From contig JAFGGO010000166.1 in assembly GCA_016930515.1 (NCBI GenBank), positions 1-37,897 on the forward strand: 37,897 nucleotides of DNA, given 5' to 3'. The stretch comes from Promethearchaeota archaeon. GTDB taxonomy: Archaea > Asgardarchaeota > Lokiarchaeia > Sigyniarchaeales > SOKP01. Positions 1 to 7,636 of this stretch are shown here, piece by piece. The notes beneath the pieces are model-generated. The model saw only the letters and a list, made by a program, of their open reading frames with translations. It was not told where the DNA came from and searched no databases. The translations under genes and the position numbers were made by a program. Position 1 is the stretch's first letter. The number at the start of each line of letters is the position of its first letter.

Positions 1-21
1 TATCTAAAAAGGGTGAATTAA

Positions 22-918
22 TTGAATAAATCTAAAATATTATCTGTTATAATAATAATATCCATGATCTTTCTATCCACAAGAATTCTCGTCACTCCCG
101 CTGTTTATTTAAATAATATAAATAATAAAAATGCAAACGGAGACCATTCAATTCATCTGATTCGTGTTAGCAATACAATATCTATAAAAACTCCAACAAC
201 GATTACATCTTGGTTGGCTGGTTCTACTCATATTATAAATTGGACATCAACGGGAGATATTACGAATGTGAACATTTCCCTTTATTATTCAGGAAGTTAT
301 CATGGCACAATCATCCCCAATACTCCAAATAATGGTTTATATTATTGGACTTTAACCTCTACCTACGAGAATTACGGAGATTTTTATCAAATTAGAATTG
401 AAGATTCCAGTAATAGTTCAACATTTGTAATAAGCGAGGTGTTTACTATATTCGCGATTTCTGTTACAAGCCCCGCCTATGGGACCTCCTGGGAAGCAGG
501 TACTACTCAAACAATAAAGTGGATAGCAACGGAGAGCATATCTAATGTGAACATCAAGCTCTACTATAGAGATTTCATTTTTCATTCCAATATAGCTACG
601 AATACTCCAAACGACGGATCTTATTCTTGGACATTACCAGAAACCTTTTCAGATTACGGTGATCATTACAAAATTCGAATCGAAGATGCTAGTGATTTTA
701 ATATTTACGATTATAGCTTTACTGACTTTGAGATAAGAGAGGCAGATTCAGATCCTAGTAATGATGATGATAACCAAGATGACGAACTTGGAGATTTCTT
801 AGACACAACTGGATATAACTTTCCAGGATTCGAGCCTTTCGCATTTATTTTGATATTTGGGGTTTTAGGAGCTATTATAATAATAGGTTATTACCGTAAG
901 TTCAAGAAAAGCGCTTAA
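22..918 (+). CDS. Secreted surface protein with two Ser/Thr-rich Ig-like (Kre9/KNH N-terminal-like) repeats and a C-terminal PGF-type sorting signal
   Basis: N-terminal signal peptide. Two repeats of SWxAGxTxxIxW...NVNIxLYY...NTPNxGxYxWTL...YGDxYxIRIED. Acidic linker, then FPGF + TM helix + YRKFKKSA. Confidence 0.8.
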   Translation: MNKSKILSVIIIISMIFLSTRILVTPAVYLNNINNKNANGDHSIHLIRVSNTISIKTPTTITSWLAGSTHIINWTSTGDITNVNISLYYSGSYHGTIIPNTPNNGLYYWTLTSTYENYGDFYQIRIEDSSNSSTFVISEVFTIFAISVTSPAYGTSWEAGTTQTIKWIATESISNVNIKLYYRDFIFHSNIATNTPNDGSYSWTLPETFSDYGDHYKIRIEDASDFNIYDYSFTDFEIREADSDPSNDDDNQDDELGDFLDTTGYNFPGFEPFAFILIFGVLGAIIIIGYYRKFKKSA

Positions 919-1691
919 ATAGGATAATCAACGAAATATAAAAGAAAAATCATTAGAAACATTAATACTAATAATAAGATTAATATCATAATCATCTTTT
1001 TTTTAAATTTTTTAGTTCTTCTTACTAATAAATAAATATAATAATAACCAATGAAGATTTCGGGGATTGCTTTATTAAGTAAAAGGATAAAAAATATAAC
1101 ACCACCGATAGCTGATGCAAATGATAAAATAATATGAAAAACATCGAAATTTAAGCCGATGTAAGCGAAATATAAAGTAAGGATCATGCGAATAAGGTTT
1201 AATAAATGTATCCCGACTAAGGAAACAATCAATACTAAATTCTTTCTAATATAAAATTTCTTTTTATCTATTGAGTTTAATGGGGAGGGTATGCATGTGA
1301 TAAACCCTATTGAAAAGCTGAAAATGGGTGCCGCGATACATCCTGCAGACATGAAAAGATAATGATCCAAAAAAGGAACCAAAATGGCAGGCGGACGGAC
1401 TTTATCAGGAGAAATAACAACGTGAGACCCTGATTCAAATAAAAGATTTATTAAAAATGAAACTTGATGCGATATCACATCATATATCCAGTGATTGATC
1501 TTCAGACAAAAAATAATGTAAATAATTATTGATAATATTGGTGCTCCGAAAAATAAGAATACTATTGAGCGGGTGCGAAAGATGTAGTCTTTTCCATCAA
1601 GCGTAAAAACAGGTTTTTTATTTTCATCTACATTCTTCGCATTAGTTTTAATATCCATATCATCACGATTAAGATTGACTACATTCTGCAA
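915..1691 (-). CDS. Exosortase/archaeosortase family membrane protein
   Basis: Multi-TM protein with catalytic Cys (MSAGCIA), Arg (LLNLIRM) and His (FDVFH) in family order and spacing. Confidence 0.8.
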   Translation of the reverse strand: MQNVVNLNRDDMDIKTNAKNVDENKKPVFTLDGKDYIFRTRSIVFLFFGAPILSIIIYIIFCLKINHWIYDVISHQVSFLINLLFESGSHVVISPDKVRPPAILVPFLDHYLFMSAGCIAAPIFSFSIGFITCIPSPLNSIDKKKFYIRKNLVLIVSLVGIHLLNLIRMILTLYFAYIGLNFDVFHIILSFASAIGGVIFFILLLNKAIPEIFIGYYYIYLLVRRTKKFKKKMIMILILLLVLMFLMIFLLYFVDYPI

Positions 1692-1781
1692 AAGTAATCG
1701 GGGTATTTAAATTTTAATTAATTAGTGGCTAATTCATTAAATTAAATATAGAAAAAAATGGTAAAAAAAAGCACTTTTCGA

Positions 1782-2162
1782 TTAATTCTGTTCTATTGCT
1801 TGGCGTGGGCATGAATCGAGGCATAAATTACAACCAATGCATTTATCTTCCGAAAATTCAAGCTGAAAGTTTGCGTCAAATTGCAAGGCCTCCGTTGGAC
1901 ATAAAGAGATGCAACCACCACAATTTACGCATTTTTCCTTGTCAATGGATACTCTTCCTTTTCTATTTACAAGTATGTTTCTACTTTTTAACGATTCCGT
2001 GATGGAATTTACCTTTTCTTTAGGTAAATCTAAAAGCATTTTTACTCCGCTTGAATCCGTTGAAAACTTTAAAATAGTCAACGACACGTCTTCTTTTAAT
2101 ATTTCGTTTACGATACTTGAATAGTCGTTTAGGGTTTGAATTATCCCAAAGGGAATGGTCAC
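1782..2162 (-). CDS. NIL-domain + 2x[4Fe-4S] ferredoxin (MA1822-like iron-sulfur partner of aspartate-semialdehyde sulfurtransferase)
   Basis: CVNCGGCISLCP and CIGCNLCLDSCP motifs. Directly downstream of the MA1821-like gene. The true start may lie a few codons upstream. Confidence 0.8.
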   Translation of the reverse strand: MTIPFGIIQTLNDYSSIVNEILKEDVSLTILKFSTDSSGVKMLLDLPKEKVNSITESLKSRNILVNRKGRVSIDKEKCVNCGGCISLCPTEALQFDANFQLEFSEDKCIGCNLCLDSCPRQAIEQN

Positions 2163-2178
2163 GTTTATGATCGTCGTT

Positions 2179-3651
2179 TTACATCAACTCCTCCGAAGTT
2201 ATTATGCCTACAACTTTATTCTCATCGTCTATGACGGGAAGTGCTGAAATGTTATTTGTCCTCATCCTTCTCGCCGCATTTGAGAGTGGTTCGTTGTCCT
2301 TCGTCGTGATGACTTTTTTAGTAATGATTTCTTCAAGGACTTTCTTCTCCTTGGCTATTGCTTTCGTAATATCAAAACTCGTAACGATTCCTTTTAAATG
2401 ATATTCCCTATCTGTTATCACTATATGGTTGATGTTTTTCTCGACGATTTTTTCGGCCACGATTTTTATATCGCAATCGTCGTAGCAAATTTCCGCCTTT
2501 TTTCTAAGATCTTTTACGAATTTAATTTCAGAGGACACTTTCATTGGTTTAAATATTCTATCCGTTGATAAGGTTTCTGCAGGTGGATTGAGGAAAAAAT
2601 CTCCTTTTTGAAGCCACGATTTAAGAGTTTCTGCGATCTTTTTTGCGTGATAAAACGATGAAAGAGGAGAACATTTTACTTTTTTCCCATTTATTTCAAT
2701 TGTACCACTTTTTAATTCCTTATAAGTAACTTCCCTTATCGTAGGCTTATCCTTTCTTGGAACGCCATAATCAACTACTTCTGTTACTAAGTCTTCGTCG
2801 CTTATCGCAGTTTTTCTTGCTAATCCTTCGTTTAAAATGGGGATGGGAATTCCGAGGCCTACGAACATTGTAGTTCCATAACTTTCAAAAGTTGCGCCTT
2901 TCAGATATTCAGACGACATTTGCTTGAGATCTCCTTTAACGAATAACGTTCCGAATCTATTGGTTGGGCTGTGCTGGGTGCCTTCTCCTACGACATACCC
3001 AACCCCACCACCAAGGAAGATTCTCGTGCCAATACCAATAGTCTCGTAATCAGGATCGTTGCTTAATGGATTTAAAGCGCCAGCGCCAGCAAAATGTGCG
3101 TTCCCAAAGCGCGGCAAAAGCTTTCCCATGTATGTATACAAGGTCTTATCCGTGCTATTAACGGCACACACGTATCTTTGATATCCATTTCGAGGGTTGC
3201 ATAAAATTGCTTGATTAATGTCGTTAATCGTAAATTCCGTGCTGATCTCTGCCAAGGGATAACAATCAGTGGTATATGAATTACCTCTCAGCCGTATGGG
3301 CTTACCCGCAACTAGATCTTCGATCACATGTCCTCCACCGTATTCGAAGGGGCTCACGTCTGCCATCCTCGTGCAACCGATATAGCAATCCACTGCAGCG
3401 TTACCGTGGTATGCGTGAACATCATTTAACCAAACATGTTCGAATTTTATTGGGGGATCTGAATGCCCGAAATTTAAGAAAGCACCGCTAGAACACATGG
3501 GTCCGAAGGTCCCCGTAGTAACAATATCAATTTCTTCAGCAGCAACCGCAGTCCCGTTATCTTCGACGAATTTAACCATCTCTTCGGCGGTTAAAACAAC
3601 AGCGGTTCCGTTTTTTATTTTAGCGTTGATCTCTGTGTAAGTTTTAGTCAA
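2179..3651 (-). CDS. L-aspartate semialdehyde sulfurtransferase / homocysteine biosynthesis protein (DUF39 + CBS pair, MA1821-like)
   Basis: DIVTTGTFGPMCSSGA, NPRNGYQRY, IGIGTRIFLGG, GEGTQH motifs and a C-terminal CBS pair. Start moved to TTG 3651, which follows a GGTGA RBS (3656-3660). Confidence 0.9.
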   Translation of the reverse strand: MTKTYTEINAKIKNGTAVVLTAEEMVKFVEDNGTAVAAEEIDIVTTGTFGPMCSSGAFLNFGHSDPPIKFEHVWLNDVHAYHGNAAVDCYIGCTRMADVSPFEYGGGHVIEDLVAGKPIRLRGNSYTTDCYPLAEISTEFTINDINQAILCNPRNGYQRYVCAVNSTDKTLYTYMGKLLPRFGNAHFAGAGALNPLSNDPDYETIGIGTRIFLGGGVGYVVGEGTQHSPTNRFGTLFVKGDLKQMSSEYLKGATFESYGTTMFVGLGIPIPILNEGLARKTAISDEDLVTEVVDYGVPRKDKPTIREVTYKELKSGTIEINGKKVKCSPLSSFYHAKKIAETLKSWLQKGDFFLNPPAETLSTDRIFKPMKVSSEIKFVKDLRKKAEICYDDCDIKIVAEKIVEKNINHIVITDREYHLKGIVTSFDITKAIAKEKKVLEEIITKKVITTKDNEPLSNAARRMRTNNISALPVIDDENKVVGIITSEELM

Positions 3652-3721
3652 TACATCACCTTTTTGCGGTTTTAATATAGTATTATACAACTATCTAATT
3701 AAATTAATAAATAATATTTTG

Positions 3722-3729
3722 TTTATAAA
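3722..3729. promoter_or_regulatory. Self-complementary TATA box (TTTATAAA) between divergent genes
   Basis: Palindromic TTTATAAA between the starts at 3651(-) and 3804(+). Confidence 0.5.
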
Positions 3730-3745
3730 TATGAAAGGTAAAAAA

Positions 3746-3762
3746 CATGCGTTTAACGCATG
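3746..3762. promoter_or_regulatory. Candidate operator CATGCGTT-T-AACGCATG
   Basis: Perfect 8-1-8 inverted repeat 17 bp from the TATA box, upstream of an HTH regulator. Confidence 0.65.
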
Positions 3763-3803
3763 AAAAATGCTAGAAAGAAATATTCCAAGAGTGAACAAGA
3801 ACG

Positions 3804-4361
3804 ATAAAATTTCCTGAATTAAACGAAATCAAGAAAAAACGTACTAAACTAAGCATTAGTCAGAAAGAATTGGGGCGAATTTTGAAAATACCTCAATCTA
3901 CTATTTCTCGAATTGAAAATAACGACATGGACCCTCCATATTCGAAAGTAAAAAAGATATTTGAATTTTTAGAACAAGAGAGGATCAAAAAAAACAATAT
4001 ATATAAAACTGCTAAAGAAATCATGACAAAACAAATAATTTCTATTAGTTCACATTCAAGCATTAAGGACACGATAGAATTGATGAATAAACACGATCTT
4101 TCTCAAGTTCCAATAATAGATGCCGACCAAAATTTAGGTAGCTTGACAGCGAAAAAGATTCAAAAATTCATAGCCGATCATCCCGATTTGAAAAACGTGA
4201 ATGTTTTAGACCTCAAGCAACTACCTTTTCCAGAAATAGAAAAAGATTGGTCAATAAAAGCAATCTCGAACTTGCTATCTAATTATCCTGCGATTTTGGT
4301 AAAAGAATACAATCGATTCGTAGGCATTATTACCGATGCGGATTTCCTCAAGCTTGTTTGA
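3804..4361 (+). CDS. XRE-type HTH + CBS-pair transcriptional regulator
   Basis: The frame extends upstream of TTG 3870 as IKFPELNEIKKKRTKLSISQKELGRILKIPQSTISRIE (complete HTH), followed by a CBS pair. Probable ATA start at 3804. Confidence 0.85.
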   Translation: MKFPELNEIKKKRTKLSISQKELGRILKIPQSTISRIENNDMDPPYSKVKKIFEFLEQERIKKNNIYKTAKEIMTKQIISISSHSSIKDTIELMNKHDLSQVPIIDADQNLGSLTAKKIQKFIADHPDLKNVNVLDLKQLPFPEIEKDWSIKAISNLLSNYPAILVKEYNRFVGIITDADFLKLV

Positions 4362-4437
4362 TAAATTTGAAACGCACCTTTAGATCTCACGCGAATAATA
4401 TTTATCTATTTATTTTTAAAAACTAGAAGAGTTGTTT

Positions 4438-4584
4438 ATGAACGATAAAGACTCCGTACTTGAAATCATATTAAAACTTGAAAGGAAGGATATTTTTTTT
4501 CTCCAAGATAACATTGAACAGGTAAGCTTAGAAAAAATGAAGAGAAAAATAATTGATAGACTCGTTCGAAATGGTCATTTATAA
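4438..4584 (+). CDS. Small hypothetical protein (48 aa)
   Basis: ATG..TAA ORF MNDKDSVLEIILKLERKDIFFLQDNIEQVSLEKMKRKIIDRLVRNGHL fills the gap. Below the ORF-track cut-off. Confidence 0.45.
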   Translation: MNDKDSVLEIILKLERKDIFFLQDNIEQVSLEKMKRKIIDRLVRNGHL

Positions 4585-4636
4585 AAGAAATACATTCCAT
4601 TCTCAAAAGCATTTATTATAAAAATCAATCAGATAT

Positions 4637-6559
4637 TTGAAACATCGAATCTTTAATCTCATAATGCAAGGATTGAAGCTTCAGGAGTTAAAAATCCAAC
4701 CTAATCTCGTAAAAGTACGCCAACTTGTCAATATTAAAATATCGTTTTCCCTTGAAATCCCATTACTTAATTATTCTTCTTTAATATTTCGTTTTCGAGG
4801 GGGAAGAAATAATAAAAACGATTGGTACATTTTACAAACTCGTGATTTTAACGAAAATGGATATTCGCAATTAACTACGGAACAGGAACATGACTTTTTT
4901 CCAATACTTGTTAATGGAAAGGAATTAGAAATTCATTTTTTAGTATGCAATGAAAATGGAATAGATAGTGGTGTGAATTTTACTTTCGAAATATATAAGA
5001 CTCTGGCACAATCTATCTCAGAAAAACATAAGAAAATCGAGGTGTTAATTGAAATTGATAAAAATGAAAGATTTAAGGCTCTCAACTCACCTACACTTGA
5101 GATAATTAGCGAGAAATTCGATCACATAACCGTGATTTCACCTTCAATTGTCTTTCCTGAAGAACCAATGAAAACTATTCTTAGAGTAGAAGATAAATAC
5201 AATAATATAGTCGAAGGATTAAAAGGGAATTTAAATTTCTTTTATTCCACACCTGAAGGAATTAGACAAAGGATTGATGGTGTTTCGATTGAACAACGAA
5301 CTCAAGGTATTTATCGAATAAATACAAAAGCACCGATAATACCTGGTTATTATACAATAGAAATCTCTTACCAACAAGGTTTATATTCCTCGAATATATT
5401 CGAATGCCGAAATGAGAGGAATGGAAAAAAACTTTTTTGGGGTTATCTTCATGGACACACTAACAAGAGCGATGGAATGTTAGATATTTCCGATTACTTC
5501 AATAATCTTATCAACGCAGGTCTTGATTTTGGGACGAGTACAGAACACGATCACCTTTACGAGACCTCAAATGAGGATTTCAATGAAATTAGATCTGTCG
5601 TTAAGAATTATCATAAAGACGGTGAATTCGTTTCCATTTTTGCTTACGAATATGGCACATGGTATACTGGTTATGGGGATATTTGCGTTTATCATTTTAA
5701 CGATGGTATTCCCATTCTACGCTCTGAAATAAATAAGTATAATTCCACACCCAAGTTTTTTAAAAATTTAAAACCATACGAAAATAAAGTCCTCTTAATT
5801 GGCCATCACTCGGCGTTAAGACCAGGATTTCGAAATTGGGATTATTTTGATAACACATTAGAAAGATTAGTTGAAATATATTCAACATGGGGAAACCAAG
5901 AATATTCTCATTTAGAGGGTAATCCCCTCCCTCCAAGATATAAATTTTATGGTCATGGAAAACACGCGCTTAAAAGAGGACCCATCCTCGAACGCAAGGG
6001 AAGTTTTGTTCAAGATGCCTTACAAAGGGGATACAAACTTGGATTTACGGCGGGTGGGGACGATCATTTTGGAGCATTTCCTTCTGGACCCATGGATCCC
6101 GATAATGGCTTATATCCAAGCGGAATCATGGCTATTTGGGCTGATCAATTAACTAAAGAAGCGTTATGGGACGCCATGATTAATCGTAAATGTTATGGAA
6201 CTACTGGTCCCCGAGTTATAATTGAATTTTCGTTAAATAATAATTTTATGGGAGAAATTTTGGAATTAGAGGATCATCTTGATTTAATCAATGAACGCAG
6301 GCTACAAATAGCAATCACTAGTCCTATTCCAATTAACAGAATTGAAATCATTAGAAATAACGATATCTTATTTACTAAATCAGCCAAGGAAAATATATTT
6401 TCGTTCCAATATCTGGATTCGATCCGAATAAATGAAATAATGCTGAAAAACTCCCAAAAAGACGAATTATTTTTATATTATTATCTACGAACCTTTTTAG
6501 AGGGCAGTCACATGGCCTGGTCAAGCCCAATCTGGATAATATCTTCTTTAAGTCCTTAA
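4637..6559 (+). CDS. PHP-fold metallohydrolase (DUF3604 / CehA-McbA-like)
   Basis: WGYLHGHTxxSDG, TEHD, GHH, EIYSTWG, GFTAGGDDH, YGTTG and AWSSPIW motifs. ATG 4664 is an alternative start. Confidence 0.75.
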   Translation: MKHRIFNLIMQGLKLQELKIQPNLVKVRQLVNIKISFSLEIPLLNYSSLIFRFRGGRNNKNDWYILQTRDFNENGYSQLTTEQEHDFFPILVNGKELEIHFLVCNENGIDSGVNFTFEIYKTLAQSISEKHKKIEVLIEIDKNERFKALNSPTLEIISEKFDHITVISPSIVFPEEPMKTILRVEDKYNNIVEGLKGNLNFFYSTPEGIRQRIDGVSIEQRTQGIYRINTKAPIIPGYYTIEISYQQGLYSSNIFECRNERNGKKLFWGYLHGHTNKSDGMLDISDYFNNLINAGLDFGTSTEHDHLYETSNEDFNEIRSVVKNYHKDGEFVSIFAYEYGTWYTGYGDICVYHFNDGIPILRSEINKYNSTPKFFKNLKPYENKVLLIGHHSALRPGFRNWDYFDNTLERLVEIYSTWGNQEYSHLEGNPLPPRYKFYGHGKHALKRGPILERKGSFVQDALQRGYKLGFTAGGDDHFGAFPSGPMDPDNGLYPSGIMAIWADQLTKEALWDAMINRKCYGTTGPRVIIEFSLNNNFMGEILELEDHLDLINERRLQIAITSPIPINRIEIIRNNDILFTKSAKENIFSFQYLDSIRINEIMLKNSQKDELFLYYYLRTFLEGSHMAWSSPIWIISSLSP

Positions 6560-6831
6560 TATACCGATTCTAATATTAATCCACGGTTTTTTATTTATTA
6601 AATTAGTTTTCTGGCTTTTTAATCTAATAACATTGAAAATATTAAAATTATTAAAGTTTAAAGATGAATTATTACAAAAAAGAGCCTTAAAAATCGATTT
6701 CGTTTTCCTTAAACGATCGTTTGAATAAATTTATAAAGGGCTGTTTTCTTATTATAATTATAGGGTTTTATTAATACATTTGACATTTTTTGTTTAATAA
6801 TATTTAAAAACAAATACTTAAAGAAAATACG

Positions 6832-7005
6832 ATGGCAACGCAGAAAAAACACTTTGTATCGTTTGATTACGAGCACTGTAATAAATGCGGCGGAAAAATG
6901 GCAAACCGGCTCTTAGCAACGAACGATTCAGAAGTAAAGAAATTCACAAAAATACGCCAATGCGTTATATGTAAACATTGGTTTTCTCTTGAGGGTCATA
7001 TATAA
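6832..7005 (+). CDS. Zn-ribbon microprotein 1 (57 aa)
   Basis: MATQKKHFVSFDYEHCNKCGGKMANRLLATNDSEVKKFTKIRQCVICKHWFSLEGHI. Paralogous to the next two ORFs. Confidence 0.8.
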   Translation: MATQKKHFVSFDYEHCNKCGGKMANRLLATNDSEVKKFTKIRQCVICKHWFSLEGHI

Positions 7006-7129
7006 GATATTAAAAGTTATGGTTTTCTAAGTATTTGTCGTTTAAAAGTATAGAAATAATTTCGTATCAATATCAAGTAATAGTATTTTTATCTACAGTC
7101 TTAAATAAAACAAAATAATATATACTATA

Positions 7130-7282
7130 ATGGTCGTAAATAAATCTAAATCCCCTCATTCGCCTTATTGTTGCAAATGTGGTGGTTTAATGCGACAAGT
7201 GTTGATGCCATACCAATCCGAAACCGTTAAATTCGTGAAAATTCATCAATGTACGACTTGTCGATTTTGGCACGAATTATAA
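7130..7282 (+). CDS. Zn-ribbon microprotein 2 (50 aa)
   Basis: MVVNKSKSPHSPYCCKCGGLMRQVLMPYQSETVKFVKIHQCTTCRFWHEL. Confidence 0.8.
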   Translation: MVVNKSKSPHSPYCCKCGGLMRQVLMPYQSETVKFVKIHQCTTCRFWHEL

Positions 7283-7445
7283 TCTGCTTTCTTCTCGTCT
7301 CCTCTCAACAGATATTTATTTGATGCTAAAAATTTATTAAAAAATTTCTTCATTTTTAAATCATATTATAAATAGAATATCACCGTCATATCACATTGTT
7401 TTTTAGAAGTCGGATCATTTTTTAAAAATGATAAGGTGATTTTAC

Positions 7446-7604
7446 ATGACAGTAGAATACGATTATAACACGGATAGAAGATTATTTTGCGAAAAATGCG
7501 GATCTCTCATGATTTCAAGAAGGATGATCTCCAGGACTAACCGATCTCGGTCTTTTGTTGAAATATATCAATGTGATGTCTGCCGATTTTGGCACCACGC
7601 TTAA
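7446..7604 (+). CDS. Zn-ribbon microprotein 3 (52 aa)
   Basis: MTVEYDYNTDRRLFCEKCGSLMISRRMISRTNRSRSFVEIYQCDVCRFWHHA. GGTGA RBS at 7435-7439. Confidence 0.85.
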   Translation: MTVEYDYNTDRRLFCEKCGSLMISRRMISRTNRSRSFVEIYQCDVCRFWHHA

Positions 7605-7636
7605 GCTGCTTTTTTCGTAATAAAGCAATCAAGGGT

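Noticed and set aside
6690-6722. Short palindromes AAAATCGATTTT and AAACGATCGTTT upstream of the Zn-ribbon cluster
   Set aside because: Such CG-centred palindromes are common in this sequence and are not repeated before the other two paralogues.
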